A stretch of 64,000 bases of DNA. It comes from Octopus sinensis. Taxonomy: Eukaryota. Below, one piece after another: positions 39,280 to 51,987 of the stretch. The DNA is taken from contig NC_043015.1 in the NCBI RefSeq assembly GCF_006345805.1, positions 52,824,001-52,888,000 of the forward strand. The letters are read 5' to 3'. The position numbers and the translations under genes are program-made. The notes beneath the pieces were generated by a model. It was given only the letters and a program-made list of their open reading frames with translations, was not told the origin of the DNA and searched no databases. The stretch's first letter is position 1, and each line of letters begins with the position of its first letter.

Positions 39280-39565
39280 CCGTGATCACCGTGACCGACC
39301 AGGCTATCAGATGTTGCTACACATCGCTGGTCACAATGCGCTTCGCATTGTTTAAGCCTTCAAATGACGCCACCCAGAAGAAAGAGTGAGAGAAAGTTGT
39401 GGCGAAAGAGTACAGCAGGGTTCGCCACCACACACTGCCAGAGCCTCGTGGAGCTTTAGGTGTTTTCGCTCAATAAACACACACATCGTCCGGTCTAGGA
39501 ATCGAAACCGCGATCCTACAGCCGCGAGTCCGCTGCCCTAACCACTGGGCCATTGCGTTGCGCCT

Positions 39566-39570
<5 letters not shown>
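39280..39570 (-). mobile_element. SINE family C, alternative tail variant
   Basis: Family C head; tail ...gcattgtgaccagcgatgtgtagcaacatctgatagcctggtcggtcacggtgatcacggtgat, shared with 56583-56895 but not with 33114-33498. Confidence 0.8.
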
Positions 39571-39611
<41 letters not shown>

Positions 39612-39931
39612 GACGGGCTTCTTTCAGTTTCCGTCTACCAAATGTCTAACGACACACAAGATGAGGACATATATCCGTCAAATGTAAATAATGTATATGA
39701 CTCTTATCGTCTATTTAAGCGTCCCAGCTTATCATCTTCTCCTCATTTGATCACCTTCAATGTACGTTTATTTTTTACCACTTTTCTAACACAGTTATTG
39801 TTTCTTGGGGTCATATAAAGCAACCGCTTCGTTCCTTTGTCCGTTCTTGGTCGGTTTCTATACCAACAACTACTCGTTACTTTAGCAACTGTTACGTGCT
39901 GTTAAAGAAAGATTGACTTTAGTTCAACAGC

Positions 39932-39972
39932 GGCTGACGAAGTGAACAATCAACGAAACATCGTGATGTTCC
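39932..39972 (+). ncRNA. Hammerhead ribozyme motif, different family
   Basis: GG-CUGACGA-A-GUGA(acaa)UCAAC-GAAACAU(cgtg)AUGUU-CC. Perfect core; helix III 4 bp; helix II with a bulge; helix I only 2 bp. Confidence 0.6.
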
Positions 39973-40174
39973 AGATATTGTGGTAAATATTCAATACTTT
40001 TCAAATATGGTATATTTGAGGTACATTTTGCCGTTCTTCTTTGATGTGAATAGAATTAAAGTCATAGCACCGACTACCTGTTGGGTATCTTACTGAGTAA
40101 ATATCATGATGAGGCCAACTAAATTTCTGTTGCCTAGATTCAAGTGTGTTTATCGAATATATATATATGCGTGT

Positions 40175-40221
<47 letters not shown>

Positions 40222-40841
40222 GTGTGTGTGTGTGTGTGCGCGTGCGTGCATGTGTATGTATATACATAAGCGTGTAAATACATAAATGTATATATGTATA
40301 TATATATATGAGTGGTTCTTGGTGGTATGTAGCAGGGGTGGCTCGGTGGTATGTAGCTTGCTTCACAACTACATGGTTCCAGGTTCAGTCCTGGAGCAAG
40401 TGTCTCCTACTGTAGCCTCGGACCGACCAAAGCCTTGTGAAACTGAAAGAAGCTCGTCGCGTCTACACCACATGTCTTTGTCTATGTGTGTGTGTCTGTG
40501 TGTGTGTGTATGTATGTATGTATGTTTGTGTGTATGTGTTTGTCCTCCTACCACCACCACCATCGCTTGACAACCGATGTAGGTGTGTTCACGTTCTCGT
40601 AACATAGCGGTTCGGCAAAAGACCACCAATAGAATAAGTACTAGGCTTACAAAGAATAAGTCCAGGGGTCGATTTCTTCGACTAAAGGCGGTGCTCCAGC
40701 ATGGCCGCAGTCAAATGACTGAAACGAATAAAAGAAGAAAAAGAGAAGAATATATGTATAGTATATAAATTATCTACAAATAGCTCAAATGTAAAATACA
40801 TGGAAATGCGACGGTGAGAAAGACAACGTAGAGTGTTAGCA

Positions 40842-40882
<41 letters not shown>

Positions 40883-41099
40883 TAGAAAGAGTAAGTAAAA
40901 GGAGAAGCTAGAGAGCAAGAGAGGGTGGAAGGAGACGTGGGTGAAGGGAGAGGGGTGTATTTATTTAATCGTTCGTCTGGTAAATGTTCATGTGAAACAA
41001 TGGTTTTACGTTGAGACTTTCTGGACCAGAGCCCGTCCTTATAGAAATGGGTGTATATACATACGTTTGTGTGTGAGGATGTCAATAGGTTGTGCGTAC

Positions 41100-42300
41100 T
41101 TGTGTGTGTGTGTGTGTGTGCGTGAGTGCTTGCATATCTGTGCGTGATTTGTGTGTATGTGCTTGTGTATGTGTGTGTGTGTCTTGGTGTGTACGTACGT
41201 GTGTGCGTGAGTGCGCGTATATGTGTGTGTCTTTGTGAATGTATCTATGTATGTGCTTGCATATCTATGCGTGATTTGTATGTGCTTGTGTGTGTGTGTG
41301 AAGGGGTGCCTTTGTGTGTGCGTGTGTGTATGTGTACGCGCACGCGCGCGCCTATGTCCATAGACGTGTACATGTGTCTGCATCTGCATGTATGCGTTTG
41401 TATGCGCATGTGTCTGTGCATAGATATTCATGATGTGTGTGTGCACGTGTGCATGTGTGTATGGGTATGTTTGTGTCCGTATACGCACAATATGTTTGTA
41501 TCTGCCTGCTTCTGTGCGTGTGTCTCTATGTTTTTGCAATTTTATACGGGATTTCTGCGTATGTGTATGTTTAAGCCATTGTATGGCGAGTGTGCGTGTG
41601 TATGTGTGTGTGTGTATGTACGCGTGTATGTTTGCGTCTGTGTATGTGCATCTCTATGCTTCATTATAGGTGATTTACGTGTGCGTGTGTGCACGCGCGC
41701 GTCTGCAGGTATGCACATATCCATTTGCGTGTGCGCGTGTCTGTGTGATTACATATTAATACGTGACCTCCATCTCCGCGCGCGCGCGCGCGTGTGTGCG
41801 TGTGTGTGTATGTGTGTATGTGTGATTACATATTAATACGTGACCTCTATCTCCGTGTGTGTTGTGTGTATCTTTGTGCATGCGCATTATTTTACGCTTG
41901 TGCGCGTGTATATATGAGTATGTAATTGCATATATAGATATATGTGTCTCTGAATGCATGTATGTTTTTCTGTTCGTGCATTGTATGTATGTAAATGTGT
42001 GCGCATGTCTCTATTAATAATTCTGTACGTGTAATTTGTATGTGTTTGTGCTTGTATATCTATATGTGTATGTCTGTATGTGTACATAACCTTTGTATGT
42101 ATTAAGTGCGTATGTATATGTATGTACTGTACGTCTATTTGTTAATATGCGTATGTGCTTTCATACCTGCGTATATATTTATGGTTTTGTGTATGTGTGC
42201 TTTTGCATTTCCGTGGGAATGCTAGTACTTGCAGTACGTATACATGTCCGTATGTGTATGTATGTGTATAGTGTGTGTGTGCGTTAGATTATATGTGTAT
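41100..42300. repeat. Long degenerate (TG)/(TATG)-rich tract
   Basis: About 1.2 kb of largely alternating purine-pyrimidine sequence; source of several spurious ORFs. Confidence 0.9.
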
Positions 42301-42482
42301 GTATGTGGTGGTGTGTATATTTTTGTATATGTGTGTGTGTCAAATTGTGGCGTGGGATGTAACTATTGGCTTTGTAACAGGTAAGGGAAGAAGACGAATT
42401 ATATATATATATATATCACACACACACACAAACACGCACACACACGCACGCATGCACGCACACACACACACACGCACGCATG

Positions 42483-42517
<35 letters not shown>

Positions 42518-42995
42518 TGTTATTTTGTCTACGATCGTGTCAACATCACTCTTCACTTTAGCATCAACGCCGATCTGTAATAAATACGGCGAACATTTTT
42601 TTAATGGCATTCTTTGCCATTTAGGAGAATATAACTCGCTAATTACACTCTCCAAACACAGACACACACAGACGCACACTCACGCGCGCGCGCACGTGTG
42701 TGTGTATGGTGCGTGTGGGTGTGCTTGTACGTTTAAGAATGTATATTTTTTTATGTAGATGTGCAGCTAATAACGAAAAACCATCGGAATATTTGTAACA
42801 TCATCTACGACAAACGAACTCCGTATCTACTTTAAACTGTACTGTCCTGCTACCCGCTACACCAGGGTGACATCCCGCAAGTGACCGTCCGAATTAGGAG
42901 ACTTAATGTAACCAGTAACCAGTTATGATTACATAATTCCAGCTTCTTGTCAAAAAGGACCTCAGTCACACACTCTCAAAGTATATGTGTGTGTT

Positions 42996-43040
<45 letters not shown>

Positions 43041-43250
43041 TGTGTGTATGTATGTGTGTGTGCGAAAAATCCAAATGGTGCGCTGAAGGGGTGACGAGTC
43101 GGCAAGAGGTTTGGGCACAATAGAAAAATTTCACACCTTATTTTGATGCTTCACGTGGTTTGACAACAATTTTGTTTGACCAGTTTTCTGACACACATGT
43201 ATATTACATTATTAATGTAAACTGCATATACCGATTACACTTTTTATGTT

Positions 43251-43319
<69 letters not shown>

Positions 43320-44535
43320 AATATATATGAATATATATGAAACGGCGAAAATGCAACATCACTGATAGGAATCGCACGTAAGTCGTATAGCAATGCTCAG
43401 TCAAGAGTTACCCATTATCAGCTGTCGATCAGTAACCAAGGCAATTTCGGCACATCCCGACAGTATCGCTCCCTCCAGCGATGCCAAACAACATTGAAGC
43501 GCCTGAAGATTCTCGGGTTCTATCGTCCTCTAAACTGTGGCGTCATTTTCCTACTAGTATTGAAGACGACATGTTTACCAACATATTCCTAAGCACAATC
43601 CTCTCAAGCACCGCGCCAAAAAACAAGCAAAAAAAAAAAACTACATGCTACAGCTATTGATGACTTGTTATTTGCTCTCAGCTTTGGGTATTTCATTCCC
43701 ATTCTTCCATCCTTGCGTAAACGGGAATATTCGCTCATACGCTTGCAACAGAATGAACACTACAAAAGGCAGTCGAATCTTTTACCCCAGGCGATGGATG
43801 GATTATATTATCATTAAACAATTTCAGAATGCAAAGAATTGGGAACAAAATACCTATTTCTTTATTACCCACAAGGGGCTAAACATAGAGGGGACAAACA
43901 AGGACAGACATAGGTATTAAGTCGATTACATCGACCCCAGTGCGGAACTGGTACTTAATTTATCGACCCCGAAAGGATGAAAGGCAAAGTCAACCTCGGC
44001 GGAATTTGAACTCACAACGTAACGAACAAAATACCAGTAGGTTCTCAGCTCGGCCAACGCTCGAACTATATCATCAAGCCACACCGCCTTAGACTGGTAC
44101 TTTATTCTACTAATCCCGGATTAGACCGATTATATTGATCCCAGTGCGTAACTGGTACTTAGTTTATAGACCCTGAAAGGATGAAAGACAAAGTTGACGT
44201 CGGCGAGATTTGAACTCAGAACGCAATCAACCAAAACAAATACTGCAAAGCATTATGTCTACGCTCTAACGATTCTGCCGGTTCGCTGTCTGTGGAGGTT
44301 GTTTTTAATGATGATTACACCCAGGTCAGCTCTGACTAAGCAGATTTGTGATCAAAAATTATTTAACCATAGGCACAAGCATGGCAGAAACGTTAGCGCG
44401 CCGGGCGAAATGCGTAGCCGTATTTGTCTGCCGTTACGTTCTGAGTTCAAATTCCGCCGAGGTTGACTTTGCCTTTCATCCTTTCGGGGTCGATAAATTA
44501 AGTACCAGTTACGCACTGGGGTCGATATAATCGAC

Positions 44536-45326
44536 AGACAGGGAAAGAATTAGAGGGACAGGAAAAAGAAGGATGGGTAATTCGTAGCCTTCTTTCATCA
44601 GTAAAGTTTCTAGATGATCCTTACAATTTCGGACAGTTACACTTGAGATTGTTCAAATCTTGTTGCCACCAAAAAAGCCGATGATAAGAGCTTTAGATTT
44701 TTTGTAAGAAAGCTAACGAATGTGTACGACAAGAAAAAAGACAAAAAACGGAGAACATGTTACACAATTACAAATACAAACAATAAGAATATAACAACAG
44801 GTGGCTTTCGACTAATGAGGATGAATCAAATTGCGCTGGCATGTATGAAGTGAAAGCCTAAAGACAGGAACATAGGATATGGACATAAGAGGTGTTGGCG
44901 GTCGGCAGTCAAGCCAAGAAAGAAAGATCATGGCTGGATGAACACCGGTCTGTGGAAGGAGGAGAGAGGGGTAGGAGTAGAAGGATTGAAGGATTAGGGG
45001 AAGAACGGGAAAGAGAGAGAAAGAGAAAGGTACGAGTGAGATAAACGACGAGGAAAAGTAGGAATTAAAAGAAAGAGAGGGCCAAGAAATGTGAGAGAGG
45101 GGGAGCGAAAAAAAGAAAATGAGGGCCAAGAAACGTGATAGAGGGGAAGCGAGAAAAAGAATCGTACAAAATTTAAATACATGCTTACAAGGTGAGCAAA
45201 AGTGTACGTACGCCGCTATATGTATATATAGATATAAAAAATGGAACAAAAACGCAATAGAGGACAATAAAACATCCGGACAGATAAACGATACAAAGGC
45301 GGACACAAAAAACAACAAACAGAGGG
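44536..45326. mobile_element. Unclassified repeat whose two end segments occur in the opposite order in copies at about 35040-35320 and 46098-46280
   Basis: Segment B (agagggacagg...catcagtaaag...) is at the left and segment A (atggaacaaaaacgc...gatacaaaggcgg...agaggg) at the right; in the other copies A runs directly into B. Confidence 0.6.
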
Positions 45327-45335
45327 TGTCTTTGT

Positions 45336-45377
<42 letters not shown>

Positions 45378-45445
45378 TTTCAGTGCGAAAGGTCTTTTTA
45401 TACGCGCCGAATTTACAATCCTGTAACTAATAGTAATGGTATTTT

Positions 45446-45660
45446 TATATAAGCTTAAGGCCTATGGCGATCACTGTATAATGACTAAGGAAAATAGTCT
45501 AATAAAGGAGCGTATAAGCCCTCGGCAGAAAAAAGAAGACCTTCCTCCCACACGGATAGGAAAGCCCTCTTTTTTCTGTCGAGGGCTTATATGCATCTTT
45601 ATTATACTATTTTCCTTGGTCATTGTACAGTGAACGCCATAAGCTTTAAGCTTATATATA
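45446..45660. repeat. Fold-back inverted repeat (about 100-bp arms, 11-nt spacer), probably a MITE
   Basis: Left arm tatataagcttaaggcctatggcg...gaagaccttcct, spacer cccacacggat, right arm aggaaagccctc...cgccataagctttaagcttatata. The ORFs 45436 (+) and 45471 (-) mirror each other. Confidence 0.9.
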
Positions 45661-45719
45661 AATACCACACACACCACCACACACACATATATATATATAT
45701 ATATATAATATATATATAT

Positions 45720-45818
<99 letters not shown>

Positions 45819-45911
45819 TATATATAATATATATAGGTAAAAACAGTAAGATAACAAAAGAAAAAAAGAGACCTCAATATCATGTAAATAGAGGAAATTT
45901 TTCAGATGGCC

Positions 45912-45974
45912 AGATAACCGAAGAGATGGAGTTGTGGATTTCCATCTCGGCATCCGAAACTCAGAGTTTTATCT
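45912..45974 (+). ncRNA. Degenerate hammerhead ribozyme in a Penelope-like fragment
   Basis: AGAUAA-CCGAAGA-GAUGGA(gttgtggatt)UCCAUC-tcggcatcc-GAAACU(cag)AGUU-UUAUCU. Helix I is a perfect 6 bp; there is a U4C change and an apparent deletion in the left arm of helix II. Confidence 0.6.
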
Positions 45975-45999
45975 TGGCTATTGAATAATTGTCACATAT

Positions 46000-46079
<80 letters not shown>

Positions 46080-46620
46080 ATATATATATATATATTATAT
46101 ATAATGGAACAAAAACGCTATAGAGATAAAATATCCGGATAGACAGACGATACAAAGGCGGGCAGGGAAACAACAATTAGAGGGACAGAAAAAAAGGTCG
46201 GGTCATTTGTGGCCTTCTTTCATCAGTAAAGTTTCTAGATGGTCCTTACAGTTTCGGGTAGTTACACTTGAGACTGTTCCAATAGTTTATATATATATAC
46301 AGACTTTAAAATGCCAGACTTTAAAAATCAAATACTGCGATCGATTTCTTCGTCTAAAACTATTCAAGGCGGTACCCCGCATGGTCGCAGTTCAATGACT
46401 GACACAAGTAAAAAGACTTAAAATAAAAGATAATCCTACATTATCCAGTGAATCCGTCCATTTTTTTGTTTAAAAACAAAACGATAACGTGTAGATTGAT
46501 GCAGATTTGGCTGTTATTTCTAGCGACCACTTAGTGGATTCCGTGTTTACTCGCGTGTACGGAGATTTGTTTGAGATAAATATTCAAAACAGATTTGTAT
46601 TTTGACTGTGAGGATTTGAC

Positions 46621-46677
<57 letters not shown>

Positions 46678-46900
46678 CAACTTAAAATACACACACATAC
46701 ACTCACTCACTCTCACACACACTCAAATAGATTGAAGACTTAATTTATTACACAAATATCATTAATTAGTCGCAAATATAGATAAAATGTAAAAAGAAAA
46801 TAAAAGAAAAACAAATTAATTCGTCAATCATTAATGTGAAGGGAAATAGATTAAGCAACTTCAACGTTCGTTTAAGCGGATAGGTGTATACATACACACA

Positions 46901-47008
<108 letters not shown>

Positions 47009-48728
47009 AAACTGATGTAATACTTACAGTGTTTAATAAAATGAAGTAGCACGAAACGATTGTACTACACTACCCTGGATATCCTTGTTGCTTATTTTGA
47101 TTATAATCACCCCATTTGATTTATATGGATTATACCATACCAAATTCTGGTGCCTTTAACATAAGTACCACCATATTCAGCTGAATCTAAATTTTGCTGA
47201 ACTTATATATATATATATATATATATATATGGATATACATAACAGGAATTACGTAACAAATTACGTATCCAATTTCACTGGCTTACAGCTGTTTCGTCTA
47301 GAAGCAATACACTCAGGGTTGAGTGCTTGTGCATCCTCTTCCTATTCTCCTGTCATCTATTTTAAGTTCACATTATGCTCTCTACTCGGCTGACGCTTTA
47401 TCCTAAAGCACACACACATTACGTTAAGTCCAAACTGAGATTCAGCCACCTAAGACCGATAAAGGAGACCCACACCAAGGCATATATGTCTTCGCTCTCA
47501 TTGTTTCCTTGTATGGCTTACAGTCACATATTGAAAGCAAACTAGCTGAACCAGGCTATATTCACTATGGTTACTCTCCTTTCAGCAAAATGTGCTACAG
47601 GACAACTCTTCCCTCTTTAAGTGGTACTTGAAAAAAGTTGATGACAAAGTTTAGCCCAAGTGGAAAAGTTTTTTTTTTTTTGTTCTATTTATCTTGTTCA
47701 CCAAACGACCCCGTCCTTCAGATAGAGAAAAACCCACCCTTCATTTTTGACAAAGCGAGCGACAGATCGTGTTTCTAAAAGGTCACGCATCATTTGAGGA
47801 TGTCAACGTTCATTAATTCGACTTCTGTACACGTCCACTGCTTCCTTACTTTACCGACCCCGAATGAAGGACAAACGAGGTTGAAGTCAGCGAGATTTGA
47901 ACTCCGAAAGTAAAGGACGACAATTAAATACCGCAAGGTATTTTGTTCGGTATAATTAGTAGTAGTAGTAGTAGTAGTAAGTTTCAGTCAAATATTGAGA
48001 TTTGCTCTAACCGAATTTTACCTACACATCTTTTAAACTTATGGTCGTAAGAGATCCTGCCTAACATTATTTACAAAATATGAAATATATGATGAAAAGT
48101 GGCTTACATTTTGCATCTGGTTTGGACCTGTAACTATTTTTAAATGGGTCTGTCGTAAGCAAGCCCGCTCATAGCTTGTTGTGGGCAAGGATGAAATATG
48201 TAATATAAGCTACATTTCAACTGTTAATAAACCTATATCAGATGTGAAATGTAGGCCTCTTTACTACTGTTATTGCAGGTTCCGTTTCAAATGGTTATAG
48301 ATAACGGTCAGATATGTAATGTGGGTCTCGTTTCAATTGCCATTTGAGAAATGTATCCTTCACCTCAGTTGATGAGAAAGCTCTGGCCAGATGCTATGCA
48401 TAAGATTCAGTTCAGTAGTTAACGGATCTAATCCAGGTGTGAAATATATTATATCATTTTAGTGAAGGCACGTTGCCTAGTGGTTAAAGTGGAGCAGTCA
48501 CGATCGTAAAATTGTGGTTTCGATTTCCAGACTGGGCGGAGCGTTGTGTTCTTGAGCAAAACACTTCGTTTCTCGTTACTTAATTTCATTATAATGTCTA
48601 TGAGTTCCGGCATTAGCTGCACGACTTTACTCTGCCGCGGACCGGCAACGTGTTCAGTGAGAGACGGGCATCAAGTTAAACGCTTTTCTTTTCTTTCTTC
48701 CTTTCTTTCTTTCTTTCTTTCTTTCTTC

Positions 48729-48763
<35 letters not shown>

Positions 48764-49887
48764 TTTTTTTTACTTTCAACTATATATATTCTTTTCTATT
48801 CTAGGCACAAGGCCCGAAATTTTGGAGGAGGTGGGAGAGCAGTCGATTAGATCGACTCCAGTACGCAACTGGTACTTAGTTTATCGTCCCCGAAAGGATG
48901 AAAGGCAAAGTTTTTCAGCTACATATAATTATTTTAGAAATATTTTTGTCCTTTCGCAAAGCTTGTATTTTAGAAAAAAGCTGACTGGTAACTTTCGACG
49001 TTTTCTGGGCAATCAGCTTATGTAGTTAATCCTCAGATATCATTACTAGCTAAGATAAAAGATAACCGTTTATCAACTAGGATATTGGCACGAAATTTCT
49101 GATAAGAGTCGAAAGATGGAATGGATAGTAGTTACACACACACACACACATGACGGGCTTCCATACAGTTTCTGCCAACCAAATTTACTCAAATGGCATT
49201 GGTCGGCCCGGGGCTATAGTGGAAGAAATTTGCCGAAGAAAGAGTGCAGAGGGACTGAACCGGGAATTTTATGTACTCACATGAGTGTATGTACTCACAT
49301 GAGTGTATAGCATCAGTGTTATTTCCTATTTTAATGCCGTAAAAATTTTTTTAAAATAGAATAAAGAAAAGCAGATTCCACTGCTTGGCACTTCGGGCAA
49401 GTGTCTTCTAACTAAAGCCTCGAGTAAATCAGAGCCTAGTGAATGAATTTGGTAGACGGAAACTGGAAGAAGCCCGATGTATATAGGAGAGTGAGTGTGT
49501 ATACGTGTGTTTGTTTCCAAACACTACTTGAAAGCCTACGTTGGTTTGTTTACAGCTCCGTAACATAAACGGTTCGGCACTAAAAGAGGCCGATGCAAGA
49601 ATTAGAACACTTCAAAAAAAAAAAAAAAAAAAGTAAGAAAACTCAGAAAAAGTACTGGTCGATTCCTTTAAGTAAACCATGGAAAGCGGTGCTCCAGCAT
49701 GGCTGCAGTCTATTGACTGAAACAAGAAGAAAAAAAAATCAAAGATAAAATATCTATATTTATATTTACGACGTTTGAATAGGAAGCAAACAGCGTCATT
49801 GTCGGTTGCCATAGTTACCAAAAGCACATTTGTAAACTGCTCATGGTACGCCAAAAATGTCTCCCACTGCCTTTTTATATATATATA

Positions 49888-50047
<160 letters not shown>

Positions 50048-50313
50048 TATATGTATATGTAGCGTGTGCATGTATATTGTATGCATATAATAGCTACGTA
50101 GATAAATAGGTAGGAATAACCATAGTCACCCACATGAGCAAATGCGACTGGAAGCCAGCAGCCGTTAGCAAGTGTTAAGGTGCCACACCCAACCAAAAAA
50201 AAAATAACGAAAAAAACCCTCATCTGGTGTAATAGGAACACACCACGCCACGCGCGCACACACACACAAACATATATTGTGTATAAATATGTATATATAT
50301 ATATTATATATAT

Positions 50314-50345
<32 letters not shown>

Positions 50346-51987
50346 TATACAGGCGCAGGCGTAACTGTGTGATAAGAAGAGAATTGTATGACACCTCAAA
50401 CCTATCATACATACATACATACATAATATATAATACACACATATATGGATACATATATACACACACACACTATATATATATATATACACGCACATTTATA
50501 TATATATACATATAATATACATACATACATACATATTTTATATATATATATATATTAATATATATATATATATATATATATATAGTATATGTAATATATA
50601 TGTATTTTAGTCTTTTACGTGTTTCAGTTCATTTGACTGCAGCCATGCTGGAGCACCGCCTTTAATCGAGTAAATCGACCTAGGACTTATTCTTTGTAAG
50701 CCTAGTACTTATTCTATTGGTCTCTTTTTGCCGAACTGCTAAGTAACGGGGGACGTAAATACACCAACACCGGTTGTCAAGCGTAGGTAGGGGACAAACA
50801 CACACACGACAGGCTGTGTGTGCGCCTGTATGTTAGAGTTTGTTTTTGTTGCCCACCACCACTTGACAACAAGTGTTGGATTGTTTATATTCCCGTAACT
50901 TGGCGGGTCGGCAACTGGAAACGATCGGATAAGGACCAGGCTAAAAAGATAAGTACTGACACACCCAGTCGTCTTAATTATCCCCCACCTTAGAGTATAT
51001 CAACTTTGGACCGTTCTGAAGACGGTAGACCGTCAATCTGGGTATTTTGGACTAACCGAACGAAAAGACACCCAACATTGAAACGAAAAGTGTGTTGAGT
51101 TTTGTCCCGGTGAATTTATATTGAATGTCGCCTGCTTTAACCAAGGATATAATACATTAATTCCGCTGTTATTTAATATCGGTTTCAAATTTCGACACAA
51201 GGCCAGCAATTTTGGGGGAAGGGAGGGGGTAAGTCGATTACATCGACCCCCGTGCTGTGCTGCGATTTATTTTATCGACTTCGAAAGGATGAAAGGCAAG
51301 GTCGACCTTGGCGGAATTTGAACTTGGTACGTAAAGGCCGACGAAATTCTGCTAAGCACTTTGCTCTGCGTGCTAAAGATCGAACCTGCTAGCAGCCTTT
51401 CGCTATTTGATATTGCAATTGACTCAGGTGAACAATATCTAATCAGGTATACTCATCTTAATTATCATGCTGTTATGCATAGATTCATGGAAAATAGAAC
51501 AGAGGCATCTCCAAGACTTGGTTTCTGGCAAGCCTCAACTGAAATGGTGCAATGAAGTAATGCAGAACTGCTCACCCCCAGGCCGTGAGTTTTTGAAAGG
51601 ACTGTAAATATGAGAGTTTGACAGATTGCCATTCAAACCTCATCCTTACATATGGCCTGTCTTAATGTATTCCATTTTCTTCTTAACCTTTTTGCTACGA
51701 TATCACGGATGAAACACACTACCTTTTGTTTCTATTAATTTTGGAAATTATGAAGAATTTACTAAATTAACATTTTCATTGATGTGACCCTCCCGCGCGA
51801 CTGCCATGTGAGCGCAATACACGAACGTTGACCAATCAGTTTTGTACATTAGCGGATAGAGTTCTGAGTCACATTCCCCCAGATCATCCAAATACAGAGA
51901 AAGTAGGAAGGTAAATAATTCGGGCAAGCAGCAGAAGATGGAATGAGGGACAAGGACCACACAAACCCAGAAACAATGGTGTGCTCA

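Noticed and set aside
43480-43815. Non-repetitive stretch with two partly open frames (…SSKLWRHF…; …LFALSFGYFIPILPSLRK…)
   Set aside because: Possibly a decayed transposase, but I could not match any diagnostic motif.
49269-49307. 18-bp tandem duplication of a palindromic unit (atgtactcacatgagtgt)
   Set aside because: A small local slippage at a SINE boundary with no supporting context.
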